From NCBI GenBank assembly GCA_036867785.1, contig CP145423.1, forward strand, positions 806,001-870,000: a stretch of DNA of 64,000 nt, in the 5' to 3' direction. Every line of letters starts with the position of its first letter. The first letter of the stretch is position 1. Positions 36,431-53,677 of this stretch are shown here, one piece after another. The stretch is from Plasmodiophora brassicae. Lineage: Eukaryota. The position numbers were made by a program, and so were the translations under genes. The notes below the pieces were generated by a model that was given only the letters and a program-made list of their open reading frames with translations, was not told the DNA's origin and made no database searches.

Positions 36431-37820
36431 TCACGGTTTTAGAACGAGATATTTGACGGATGGTTGCTGCGGGTCGGTATGGAACGTGCAGATGCGCTTG
36501 ACGATGGCCATAAGCTGGCGCCGGGCCTGTTCGCCCTTGTATTTCCAGCTGTCTTCCATGTTGCGCGCCAGGCTCTTGACCGTCAGGCGCCCGTGCTTCC
36601 GGAACTGTTGGCGGACGGCTTCCTCGGTGACCAGCACTGTAAACGATGCGCCCCCCATCAGTTCGTGCAACACGTGCGCTCGGCAGACGCAATCACCTTC
36701 ATCGGACGCTGCAGGGGCCGGAGCCTCCGCTTTCGTTCGTTTAGGCTCGACGCGTTCGGCGGTAGGTTCCTCAAGCGGCCGTTTCCTCGTTTCACCCTGC
36801 GCACACACCCGTCAGCGAACGAAACAGGATCGCAGCTGCATGCGGTGAACGTCGACCTGGGTCGCTGGCGCTGTCGACGGCGCTTGCTCCGCGTCCTTCT
36901 CGTCATCCTCGTCAACGTCGCTATCCGACACGTTCTCGTCCATCTCTTCGTCGTCGGACGATCCCGAGAATTCGTCCATGTCGTCCGTTTTGGACAGGAT
37001 CTGGGCGATCTTCTGCACGAGACTGTCACACAACCCGCCCCTCCCAATGGTGAACGCTCTGCCACAACCTTCCCCGCTGCCGTGAGGTCCGCCTCCTCCT
37101 CGTTTTCGCCAGCCTTCACACGTACAGTCAGATTCCGAAACGCAGGACAAGCAGGTCGACCGTGCCTGTGGCTCGGCGCCCGTCATGTCGATCGTGACAC
37201 CGGGCTCTTCATCGTCGTCGAATTCGTCCTCGAAATCGGCGTCCCGGGTCTCGTCGCCCAGGCCCAAATCATGGCGCGCCTTGATGGCGGTCTTGTACCG
37301 GGACGCGGGCCTCAACAGCGGGGCACCACCGTCGTCACCGTCCCTTCACCGCCATTCATCAGAGACCCGTGACAGAACCATCGGGCACCGTCTCACTGCC
37401 GTACTTCGAGAGGAGTTCGTTCAGACGCGAATGGCCCCGTTGCAGACGGGACTCGACACGTTCCCGCCGCTCGATCTCCATTCGTTCCGCCTCTTCCAGG
37501 GCGGCCTCTGACATGGGCGTCGGTTTCGGGGCGGCTTTGAACAGGTCGACGCATGTGTAGAACAGCTTGCGGCCCTTCTGAACCAGGAGGACGTACTTCG
37601 ACCGGGCCTGGACGTTTTCCGGTTGCGCGCGATGCACGCGCCCGTTCTTCTTGTCGGCCAGGACGAAGTTGCGGACCTTGCGACCACGCGCCCGCCGATC
37701 CGTCGAGTCGACCATCTCGGTCGACACCGTGGTCGCCTTCAGCGACAGCACCGTCTCCGGGGCGAACCGCGCGATCGCGTACCGCTTCGTCGACGGCAGG
37801 CGGTACACGGGCACCGACAT
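36431..37820 (-). CDS. GTF2F1: Transcription initiation factor TFIIF large subunit (RAP74/Tfg1)-like
   Basis: N-terminal YVLLVQ...LEEAERME, acidic DFEDEFDDDEE, and a C-terminal winged-helix-like VTEEAVRQQFRKHGRLTVKSL...LMAIVKRIC...YLVLK. Confidence 0.72.
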
Positions 37821-38220
37821 GGCGACGCCGGTCGACGCCCAGCCCCACTTCGCACTTTCCGGATCGGCGCACCGCCGCGCGATGGTCGCAATCTGGCGCA
37901 GACCAGCAGCGACGCCCCGATGAGGTCCTCGTCCCCCAGTGTGTGCTGCGTTGCCCGACAGGGTGAAGTTTCACTTTGTGCTGGTACTCAGGTGCAGCAC
38001 TGTCATACTACGAACGGGGCCGCTGCGGGAATCCGCCTACCAACACTGTATTGTGATGGGCGCTCCGTTCCAGGCAGACCGTACACGACGACGCGAAATT
38101 CGGGGGTCAATATTCCCATCGAGGTGCAATGCGCCATCTCTTGTCATCGTCAGAGGTCAGACGTCTCACGGCCTATCCCGGTATTTGGCCTGCCCGGGAA
38201 GATGCGCGCGCGCCTGGCAG

Positions 38221-38270
38221 GTCGGGAATGCGCGGCCTGTCGGAAATGCGCGGCTTGTCCGGAACGCCGA
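38221..38270 (+). repeat. Short ~18-bp tandem repeat (~2.5 copies) in the divergent intergenic region
   Basis: gtcgggaatgcgcggcct gtcggaaatgcgcggctt gtccggaacgccg. Confidence 0.6.
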
Positions 38271-38345
38271 ACACGCGACCCAGCCTGATTCCTGATTTGC
38301 CATTGTGCAGCTCGATCGGAGCGTCAAACGTGTCAAGCCGGGACG

Positions 38346-39398
38346 ATGGCGCTGTCAAAGGCACACGCGGTTCTGCTGACGTTGCTTGGTGCTATTCGTG
38401 CTATCGGCGCCACGGACGTCGACGCTGGCGACGACATCTTTCGTGGGTTGTTCGACCTGGATGAGCTGTACTCCTCTGCCCAGAACGACCCAGGCAGTAT
38501 CTGGGCGCTCGCCGCTGACCTTGCAGGGTTTACCGGCGACGTCGGCAACATAAGCGGACTATATTTCAACTTGGACGCGTTCGAATTCGTCGATGGCCAT
38601 CGAGATGCAGACATTGCCATGGTACCGGCCGCCAGGACAACGGACAACGGTCATTGCCTGAACGCAATTACTGGCCTGCATCCGCATTGGGCAATGGCCA
38701 GCGCAGGATCATGCACGCCGTATCCGGCCACACCCAAGGTTTCTGTCAACGACGGTCCCGTCGACGTTACGACATGCATCGAAAGGACTCCGGAAGCGAT
38801 GGCAGGCCCCAGCGAACCACAGCCCCCCCGTTATGTGTGCAACTATTGTTTGACGCCTTACACGAGTAAGAATGGCATCCTAATCCATCAACGTGGTCAT
38901 TGCAGGTACGGAATTCCAGAACCTTGTACTGTGCAGGTGTGGGCATAGCTAATATGGTCATATGGGTAGTCAAATGAGTTGGATTGAACAAGCTCACTAC
39001 GAATGCACGTCCTGTCTGAGGTCATTCGCATATAAAACTGGTCTCCAGAGGCATCAACGTAACCACTGCCGGTATGTACATGTGCCAGGCGTCAGTAATG
39101 AGGTCTGTTACGAGGGCACCTGATTAAGAGGCCAATGAAAATGCCTAGGAAATCGCCGACTTTTCGGCGCCGTCATCCGTGCAAGTATTGCTCCACAACG
39201 TTTGCATGGAAAACCGGCCTTCGCCAGCACATGCGGGATGAATGCGAGTACTCACCCACTGCACGCTCTCGAGCCCCCAGAGCCCCATCCGCTCAAGACT
39301 GCCAGGTTTGCTCAAGGAGTTTCGAAGGGGCCAAATGCCTTCGTGAGCACGTACGGCATTCGTGCCGAGTTCTCAAACGTACGAGCAAGGTGGCTTGA
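38346..39398 (+). CDS. Putative secreted protein with acidic N-region and four C2HC-type zinc fingers
   Basis: Signal-like MALSKAHAVLLTLLGAIRAIGA. Phase-2 introns at 38906-38969 and 39072 to 39130/39148. Four C-x2-C-x12-H-x4-C fingers (CNYC, CTSC, CKYC, CQVC). Confidence 0.78.
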
Positions 39399-39631
39399 GC
39401 ATATGCAATGCCGAATTCCGACGCCGCGAATCCGAAATTACACTTTGCCCGTGTGCATGCACCCAGTAAGGAGCTTTGACAATAAACGGCATGGCTCGTA
39501 ACACTGCTCTGAGTGCTACGTGTATTTCGGTACAAACCTGATGGTAACGATACCACCTGGAATCGGGATCGTGAGGCGTACTAACACGTCGATCCATTTA
39601 TGTTTAGGTGTTGGACCAGACGGCGCCGCTC

Positions 39632-41162
39632 ATGATGCCAAACTTGGCGCCGCATGTACTGCTGGGTCTGTGGGGGTTTCTGGGCCTCGAAATTGCGGTC
39701 GTTGAAACGTCGTTGACCTTTGAATCCGCGTTGCCTGGCAGCCCGCTTTCGGGTTTGACGTTGTATTCAACAGCCGTGACGTCGTTTCTGGGGCCTCAAC
39801 CCGACAGGACCTCGAATGAGTCCATGAGGAGCGGCCCAGTTGTCCTCTTCAACAACAATATGTGCAAGTCTGTTTTATTACGTGCTCCCTCTACTATTAT
39901 CCTGGTCACCACGGAAACGTCATCAGACTACACTTGCTCATTCGAGTCCATATATCTTAACCTGTATGCGACCGGCGCTGCTGCCGTTATTTGTGAGTGG
40001 GCCAATGAGCCCCCGAACGGCTGCGCCATTGAAGCCAACACACTGACACGTATCGCCAGGGCCAATGGTTGATAATGTCCCATCAGTCAACCTTTACGCC
40101 AGTGACGGTACCCGAGGTTCGACCACGCGCATGCTTCCGATGTTGTTCCTGCAGATCGGCCCAAGTTATGACATATTCGACATCTTGAGAACACATGCTG
40201 CTGGGCAGAATGTTACCGTCTTCCCTGATGAAAATGTGTGGCAGACAACGTTCGCCTCTTGGTACTACCAGTTATTCGTTCGTATCCTTCCCAGTGTGGT
40301 CTTGATCGTTTCGGGCGGTGTCGCTGTTGTTTTCCTTGCCTCCCATGTGCGCCGGATCACTGACAAGTACATGGACGTTGTTCCTGTGGGACAACGTTCG
40401 TTTTCCAGATGGGCCACATTTGTTCGAAGTTCCGCCAACCTGCCACACGCTGTGCTGTTAATCGAGACCACTACCGCAACGCTCTCGGGAGTTGCATTGG
40501 CGATTGGTGGGCACTTCAGCACGCCGAATCTTCCTTACCCCGCTGTCATGTACTTCCTGTCCTTGCTTGGCGGATGGAGTTTGGCATCCTCTCTCCTTTC
40601 TGCATCGGTGTGGATTCGACAGGTGGCAGGCCTTATCGACTCGGAAATGATTTTGACCCGTATCCTCCGTGGCGACTATCCCATAGCATTTATTCTACTG
40701 GTCTTCGTCCCCGTCGCAGCAGACACAGCCATTAGTGCCATCTGGGCGACATACATGTACGCAGAGGTAATCGCGACCGTCGAGGGAGCAATGCTGTTTC
40801 TGCTCCAGATGACAGTCAGTGTGCATGTTCTTGTCGTTGTTCTGCGCTACTACTGGTTCGCCAGGGATGTCCAGTCGCGCACCACCGGCGTAACAGGGAG
40901 GAAGCCTGGAATGGACGCTTTGCTCGCCCGTCTCAGTCGCTGCGCTTTGGGCATGTCTCTGTCGATGATCATGGTCTGTATCGGCACAGCTCTTCCAGCT
41001 CTACAGCCCGTACGCTTTCTCTACACGCCAGCAGGATGGACTCTTAGTTTCTCGTTAGCCTTCAATGGGCGGGCACTGGATAGTGCCTTCCGAGTTGCTA
41101 TGTTTAAACCACGACCCGCCATACGCCCGACAGCCATTTCGAAGCACGCAGCCGTTGTATGA
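39632..41162 (+). CDS. 7TM receptor-like protein with N-terminal PA-domain-like ectodomain
   Basis: Hydrophobic leader; PA-like GPVVLF..C...IILV...CSFESIYLNLYATGAAAVIW; intron 39993-40059 in phase; about seven hydrophobic segments. Confidence 0.65.
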
Positions 41163-41995
41163 ACGACCTAATTCAGGGTCGAAACATTTGACAGTTGCTC
41201 GACAAAGCCAGAATCCGCGAACCAATAAGGGGGTGCCCGGAAACGGTCTCATTTTAAATTGAAAAAGATACATATTGCACAACGACGTCAAGGCGTAGTC
41301 CACTGTTAGAGGTTCGCCTTGGACGGCCTGGAAGTTTCGTAACGTTGCATATCACATGAAACGCTAGCTCGTAATCTCCAAGGTGATGACCCCACTTCTT
41401 GCTCAGACATCTCCAACGTTTAACGCGCAGAAGACGCCGTTCCACTACTTGCCGAACACGGTTGTGACGAGGACTGAAAGTTCTCCCGTCCCTCGTCAGG
41501 TCGCGTCCGGAGATCGGGGTGATTATCTTTCCCGCCTCGCGGCGTATCCCTTATCACCCATGGCCATGAGACGCTCGCCATCGCCTAGCGACGTCGGAAT
41601 CAGCAATCCTCGTGCGATCGTAATGTCTGAAACGGCGCGCTTCCACGGTCCCGATATCCAATATAATCAGATGTGGCTTCATGGCAGATATACACCATGA
41701 CCTCGAACTTGAGTGCGTTGAAATTGTCGTACGTTTGAGAGAACTATTTCCAAGGGCGCAGAGCCGGCTTCTCGATTTTGACACGTGTTACATCGACGAT
41801 GCCGGTCAGGACCCCGTTGATGGCACATGTAAAGACATGGAGCGAGTAGTCGACTAGGTAGTCGTCACGGAGTGTCGAACGGGTCCCGTCTGACTTGGTT
41901 TAACAGGCCGATCTGTCGGGCAACTTAAGCGCACGCGCCACAAGGGGGACGCTATGTCGTGTATTGGACGACGGGGCCCGGTGGACTCGGCGCTC

Positions 41996-42748
41996 TTAGG
42001 CGGCGATGGCGACGACGACGACGGCAGCGATGGCGCTGACGGCGACACGGGTCGACACGGCGGCGTTATTGGCGTCGTCGCCGGCGGCGAGGTCGTCGAG
42101 GTCCGCCTGGGCCTTCTCGAACGCCTGGTCCAGCTGGGCCTTGACGTCGGCGTACGTCTCGACGAGCTTGGCGACGGCGTCATACTTGGCCTTCAGATCG
42201 CCCTTCTTCGCGAGGATGATCGGGGACACCAGGGCGCTACGCTGCTGCTTCGTCAGCTGCTTGGCGCCCTCGTCGGTAACCTTGAGCACCTTCTCCACCT
42301 CGGTGCGGGCCTCGCCGACGATGCCGGTGGCGAGCGTCTGGAACTCGACCACGTCTGGGTCATCGACCAGCTCGGCGAGCTTCTTCTGCGCGTCGTCCAG
42401 GGCCGCCTGCAGCGTCTGCTTGGCGTCGCCTTCCTGGACATCCTTGACGATCTCGTCGTACTTCTTCGACAGGTCTGCACGGCCCTTCTGCACGATCGGG
42501 GTCGCCTCGTCGCGACGTCGCGCCCAGGCGGCCTTGTCCGCGGTGTCCTTGATCTCGGCCAACGCCACGGCGCCCCTCGTTAACACGACGACGCGATCGT
42601 TGGCGAAATCTTGGAACCTCTGCAGCAGGTCCTGATCGGTCGGCTTCGGCTTGACTGTTTTGTCGCCGCTCTCTGCGCCTTTCGTCGCAGCCGCCAGCTG
42701 GACGGCCAGGGACGCGACGGCAATCAGGATGACCTTGCGGGTGTACAT
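41996..42748 (-). CDS. Secreted, probably GPI-anchored alpha-helical surface protein (250 aa)
   Basis: Signal peptide MYTRKVILIAVASLAVQLAAA; Cys-free A/K/D/E/L-rich helical body; ends NNAAVSTRVAVSAIAAVVVVAIAA* with no cytoplasmic tail; strong GC3 codon bias. Confidence 0.8.
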   Translation of the reverse strand: MYTRKVILIAVASLAVQLAAATKGAESGDKTVKPKPTDQDLLQRFQDFANDRVVVLTRGAVALAEIKDTADKAAWARRRDEATPIVQKGRADLSKKYDEIVKDVQEGDAKQTLQAALDDAQKKLAELVDDPDVVEFQTLATGIVGEARTEVEKVLKVTDEGAKQLTKQQRSALVSPIILAKKGDLKAKYDAVAKLVETYADVKAQLDQAFEKAQADLDDLAAGDDANNAAVSTRVAVSAIAAVVVVAIAA

Positions 42749-43729
42749 TGGGCGGCGGTGGGCGAAGGTGACGTTAGTTGATCCGTTCTAGTGCAGGGCG
42801 TTCAGGCTTGCGATATGGCGAATAGATATGGATATGGCGGGCAGACAGGCGGGTCGGGCCTTCCGACCATGCCCGCCAGACCGATCGGTCGATCGATCCA
42901 CGTTCGACATTCGGTCGGTCTAGTTCCGGCCCTGACCTGCCGGCCGGATGTCACGCCATGGCCTCGACGTGACTCACGCTGCCGCCAATGATTACTGCCC
43001 CGTGGCTTGCTGGACAAGGCACGGCCAGCCCGAAGTATCGGGTAAGCAAGGTGCATGTGCCCCCAGCGCGGCAATCAGAGGACGACCAGGTGCACACGGT
43101 GCACCCCGCCATGTATCGCTGATGCAACCCGCTGATCCTTTGTAGACGAGCAGAACACCGCCCTCTATCAATTCAACCGAGGACGCCTTGGTAGCAGTTC
43201 TTGTGAACGTAGGCGTCCCCGGATGTGGAGGAGTAGGGGGGAGGGGGTGTGCCCAACCTATCGCCTGATCCGGACCGGTGGCACGAACCCAACGTGGCCA
43301 TTGTGGCATTGGCGACATCATCTGCGTCATATCCGAATGGACCTGCTAGCAGACACAGCAATCGCATTGTGGACGCCGGCCAACATCGCAGTGGTCGTCC
43401 GCGCTCCTGACGACGGTTAGAGTCGCTGCCAGACGGCATGTGAAGCGCAACGACCAGGGCAACTGCAGAAGGCGATGACTGTCAGATCACACTGTTCGGT
43501 TGAGACACAAGGCGATCACCTCAGGGAGCTCGGACAGAGTAGACGAATGACGCAACGAGTATGTTGGCTCGAGGGCCCTGGATCAACGCCCCACTTTCAT
43601 TTGAAGACCCAGAAAGCTCAGTCGGAGTACAGGCACGTATAGGCTGCTGTTCTGCGTGCGTCGTCCGTTCTTTTTGGCGTACGTTGTCGGCGGGGTCAGC
43701 CCGTGATCGATCGCAGGCATCATCGGCAT

Positions 43730-44137
43730 ATGCTGTGCGCTGCATTGCGGACCTGTCGCCGGTCGACGGCGACGCTGTCGCTGTGCAACCGATTGCTGAG
43801 GGAGGCGCACGAACGCGAGGTGGTGCGTATGACGGAGGCGCGCGGGTTCTCGATGCCGCCGTTCCGCGTCGGCGACTGGGTCCGCTTCGAGATGCCGCAG
43901 ACGCTGTCGCCGGAGGACAACCGCAAACCGGACGTCATCGAAGGGCTCGTGATCTGCAAACGCGGCAAACACGCCGACTCCAACTTCATCGTCCGGTCGT
44001 ACGAGGACGAGCTCGGGTGCGAACGCACCATCCCGATGTACAGCCCCTGGATCCGCAACTTCACCGTCATCAAGCAGCAGAAGGTTCGACGCGCCAAGCT
44101 CTACTACATGCGCAAGCGTGATACGCTCGAACTGTGA
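43730..44137 (+). CDS. MRPL19: Mitochondrial ribosomal protein bL19
   Basis: Presequence-like N-terminus; PPFRVGDWVR, IEGLVICKR, GCERTIPMYSP, KVRRAKLYYMR. Confidence 0.9.
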   Translation: MLCAALRTCRRSTATLSLCNRLLREAHEREVVRMTEARGFSMPPFRVGDWVRFEMPQTLSPEDNRKPDVIEGLVICKRGKHADSNFIVRSYEDELGCERTIPMYSPWIRNFTVIKQQKVRRAKLYYMRKRDTLEL

Positions 44138-44341
44138 ACTATTGCTCAGTACACTGCTGCACACATCGGTACAGTCTGCAACTGCAGTCTCCAGTGGTCG
44201 TCGTTCCGGGAGGGCGCGCACGCCCCAGAAAAAAGGCGCACATGCCGGAAAAACAACACATCCGTTGCCCAATCATTTTGTTGCGTGACGTGTGACAGCG
44301 GGCGAGTCCCGTTGTCATTTTGGAGTGCCTCGGGCGCAGCG

Positions 44342-47300
44342 ATGGTCGGTGCATCGAGTCGCATTGCATTGCGAGCGAGGGGTGACTGACCGGTCTGACT
44401 GAACGTGGGCAGCCGTTGCGTCTCGAGATCAAGCGCGAACTGTCCGCCCGATCCGAACGGGTGAAGTGCGTCGACATCCATCCGGCGGAGCCCTGGGTGC
44501 TGGCCGCGCTCTTCTCCGGCAACGTCGTCATCTGGAACTATGTCACCGAGACATCCGTCAAGACGTTCGAGTGCTGCGATGTCCCTGGTACGGTCGTCGC
44601 GTCGCGGTCAGCTCAGTATGGAACTTACACACGCGTGTGGCACATAGTTCGCGCTGCGAAATTCATCCCACGAAAGCACTGGATCATTTGCGGGGCGGAC
44701 GTACGTAATCAGCGGTATCTGCGCGCCGAAACAAGAGTTTGCTGAGCGTGTGGTTGCTCCCCCCGTTCCAGGACATGAACATTCGCGTGTACAACTACAA
44801 CACGATGGAGAAGATCAAAACGTTCGAGGGCCACTCGGACTACATTCGCGGCCTGGCCATCCATCCGACCATGCCGTATGTCCTATCCGCATCCGACGAT
44901 ATGTCCATCAAGTGCTGGGACTGGGACAAAGGTACGCTGCCTGTTGCACCCCGTTGTGCGGCCGCCGCTGTTGACCTGGACCTCCAGATTGGACCAACAC
45001 GCAGATATTCGAAGGTCATACGCATTACGTCATGCAGGTCGAGTTCAACCCCAAAGACCCGAACACGTTTGCGTCGGCGTCTCTGGACCACACCGTCAAG
45101 GTCCGTCGGTGCGGCGCTTGCCCGTGCGGATTCCCATCTGATCCGTTTGATGAATGGCAGGTATGGGGCCTGAATTCCCGACAACCGCATTTCAGCCTCG
45201 AAGGGCACCTGCGCGGCGTGAACTGTGTCAGCTACTTCCATGGCGGCGACCGCCCGTACCTCGTATCCGGGGCAGACGACCAGCTGATCAAGGTCTGGGA
45301 TTACCAGACGAAGTCGTGCGTGGCGACACTGGAGGGGCACACGAACAACGTCTCCGCTGTCGTGTTCCACCCGGTGCTCCCGCTCATCATCAGCGGGTCG
45401 GAGGATGGTACCATACGATTGTGGCACTCGACGACGTTCCGCCAGGAGAACACGCTCAATTACGGCATGGAGCGTGTCTGGTCCGTTTGCTGCCATCGCG
45501 ACTCGAACAAGGTTGCGTTCGGGTGCGACGAAGGCACAATCATGATCAAGATCGGCCACGAGGAGCCCGTTGTCTCCATGGATCGCAACGGTAAAGTCGT
45601 CTGGTCGAAGAACCACGACATCGTCGGCACCAATGTCAAGACGCTGGGATCGAAGACCACCATTGTCGACGGCGAGCGTTTGCCACTGGCTACGAAAGAG
45701 ATGGGCAGCTGCGAGATTTACCCCCAGGTTCTCTACCTGTGTTGTCACGATCGCCTGTCCGAGTACGGCTAACGGGTCACCGTGCAGGAAATCGCTCACG
45801 ACCCCAAGGCCCGTCTCCTGGCCGTGTGTGGCGATGGCGAGTACATCATTTACACGGCGCTCCTTCTGAAGAACAAGTGCTTCGGACCGGCACTCGAGTT
45901 CGTCTGGGCGTCGCACTCGGGCATGTACGCCGTGCGCGAATCGACGTCCAAGGTCAAGGTCTTCAAGAACTTTGTCGAACATCGACCGTTCCGCCCGCTG
46001 TTCCCCGTCGAAGGCATCTTTGGTGGGGCGCTGCTCGGCGTCCGCTCGAACGAATTCGTCGACTTTTACGACTGGGAGACGTGCTCGATTGTGCGCCGTG
46101 TGGAGGTGTGCCCGCGTCTCGTGTTCTGGTCGGAGTCTGCGGATCTGGTCGTCATCGCCGGGGAAACGGCGTACTTTACCTTGCGGTACAACGGTGACCT
46201 CGTCGCCAAGTACATTGAGCAAGGGATCGAGGTCGGCGAGCAAGGCATTGATGGTTCGTTTGAGCTCGAAAAGGAGACCTGTGAGCATGTCACAACGGGG
46301 GAGTTCATCGGCGATTGCTTCATCTACACGAACGCCGCCAACCGGTTGAACTACTGCGTTGGCGGCGAGGTCATCACGCTTGCGCACCTCGACAAGCCGT
46401 ACTACCTGCTCGGGTACCTCCCCAAGGACGACCGCGTCTACCTCATCGACAAGCACCATCACATCGTGTCGTTCTCGCTGCTGCTCTCGATTCTCATCTA
46501 CGAGACCGCCATTGTCCGGGGCGACTTCGAGGGCGCCCGCACGGCGCTTCAGAGTATCCCCGTCGAACACCATGATAAGCTGGCGCGGTTCCTCGAGGGG
46601 CAAGGTCAGTGGCGCTGCCCCGGACGAGGCACTGTGATTCGGCATTGCTGGAACTGAACGTATTTCCCAGGGCTGCGAGAGTTGGCGTTTGAGGTCACGA
46701 CCGACCCGGAGCACAAGTTCGAACTGGCCGTCCAGCTGAACAATCTGGAAGAGGCGAGGGCACTGGTCGAGGCCGACGAAAGCGATTCCAAATGGAAACA
46801 GCTGGGCGATGCGGCCCTGTCAAACAACGACCTGGTGCTGGCGAAGAAGTGCTTCGCGCGATCCCAGGACCTCGGCGGCCTGCTGCTGATTGCAACGTCG
46901 TGCGGTGATCGCGACGGCCTCGAGAAACTGGCCGACGTCGCCACCAAGTCGTCGCAGTTCAACGTGTCGTTCCTGGCCCTGCTCCTTCTCGGCCGCGTGG
47001 ACGACGCTGCTGAATTGCTGGTGCAGACCGGGCGCATCCCTGAGGCTGCCTTTTTCGCTCGATCGTACTGTCCTAGGTCAGTCGTTGCTGTTGCAGGATG
47101 CTGTGATGTTACCGGTCTGATTCCATGCTGGGGTGTATAGTTCGGTGGCCAGAATCGTTGACCTGTGGAAGGGCGATTTGGGGAAGGCGTCGTCGGCGTT
47201 GGCGGATTCGCTCACGGATCCGGAGTCGCATCCAGAGTTGTTCCCCGATCACGCCGCCTGCCTAGCCGCCGAGGCGCATGTCTCCAAGGAGTGGGGCCAG

Positions 47301-48207
47301 GCCCTGCCCGCCAGCGCGTACCGCGACGTTGTCGAGCAGCGCGCTAGCCGGAACATCCTGGCAGAGGCGCAGGCGGGGCAACTCGGATCGCTGGCCGATG
47401 TCAAACCGCGAACCCCGTCTCGTACGATCAGCGCGGCGTCTGTGCCGCGCTCGTCGTCGTCGCCTGCCAGGTCGCCCCAGCCCGCACGTTCGCTATCGCC
47501 ACTCCGCGCCGCCAGCCCTGTCCTGACGGCGCCAAAGTCCCGGTAGGGTCCGGATTGGAACCATTCGTCGTTCGAACCCGGTCCTGAACCCGCCGCAGAT
47601 CTCACTCGCCGGTCCGGTCGCCGTCCCCGTCATCACATATCCGCGACATGGCGTCTCCACCGGCCGTGTCCGTCCCCAGCACGGTACCGATCGTCCGCTA
47701 GCGCGCGTTCGCGGCGACCTTCTGAACGGTCCTTCCTCTGCAGGCGTCTGGCAGTCCAAAGTTGACGCCCGCTGCTCGGTTCAGCCCCGGGTCGTCTGCG
47801 TTCAGCCCGGGACGTCCGCTGCCGCCCACTGACCTAGACGCGTACCCTGGCTTCAACGGCCATGCCGCCTCGCCAGTGCGGTCGCCCGCAATGCTGTCGT
47901 CGCAGCCGGCCGGCGTTGACGACCTGGACGAGCTGTTCGGTGGACAAGGAGGTGGGCATCTTCAGGGCGACGTCGACTGGATCGGCGGTGTGAACGGCGG
48001 TGCGTCCTGGTATCATATTGGTGTGTGGCGCCCAGGCGCTGACCGTCCGGCCCGACAGGATCTGCCACAGGTGGTAGCGCCGCCCTGGACGACGACCAGT
48101 TCAGCGAATTCCTCGAACCGGGCCCGCAGCACCCGGCGTCGCGCGGGGCCGACCCGCACCGTCCCGCCGCCAGCAACGACGACTTTGGCGACCTGGACGA
48201 CTTCTAG
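44342..48207 (+). CDS. COPB2: Coatomer subunit beta' (COPB2/Sec27), multi-exon
   Basis: [31 protein letters not shown]40 repeats, [38 protein letters not shown], and an S/P-rich acidic tail ending [10 protein letters not shown]. Confidence 0.95.
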
Positions 48208-48436
48208 CATCACGGGCAGGCCTCGCTTATGTACACCTTCAATGTATCTCGGCCGTCCATGTGCTGGCGCAGGACGCCGATGTCACCGAGGACGACACAT
48301 GCGGTACCGTGTCGGCCTTCGTCGTCGTCTCGGGCAATCAGCGCAGCGCAGCAGGACGAACGGGAACGCGCGCGTGTATTGGGAATAGCGTTCACGAACG
48401 ATCGGGCCGATACAATAGCTTGCTGGGGCGGCGGTG

Positions 48437-53294
<4,858 letters not shown>

Positions 53295-53648
53295 CCTGCG
53301 GAGCCCCGGCGCCCGTGACGAGCGCCCGTGACCGACCCCGGATCCCCCTCGCTCGAACCCGTTCACCAACAACTGACCGGGGGTGGGCACGGCGGAAAGT
53401 GCGGCGCGAAACGCCGAAACTGCACCCGACCCTGTCGACGGCTCGACGCAGACCATTGACCTGGACCGCCAACTGTACGTGACGACGACGACGCGCAACC
53501 AGACGTGCGCAGTGGCTGGCCCGGTTCGCAGCGGCGACGTGGCGTCCCCGGGCACACGCCGTCGTTGTCCGAGGGAACGATATATATTCCCAAGGGCCTC
53601 GGTTCGCTAGACGGGCACGTCGTTCGCATATGTACATATACATTTTAT

Positions 53649-53677
53649 AGAGAGGGCGAGAGAGAGAGAGAGAGAGA
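53649..53677 (+). repeat. (GA)n microsatellite between the divergent SMC3 and Ca-ATPase genes
   Basis: agagagggcgagagagagagagagagaga. Confidence 0.85.

Noticed and set aside
44840-46714. 624-aa antisense ORF over COPB2 (likewise 29922-31331, 5975-7450, 56313-57776 and others)
   Set aside because: Expected stop-poor shadow frames of GC3-rich genes, with no recognisable motifs.
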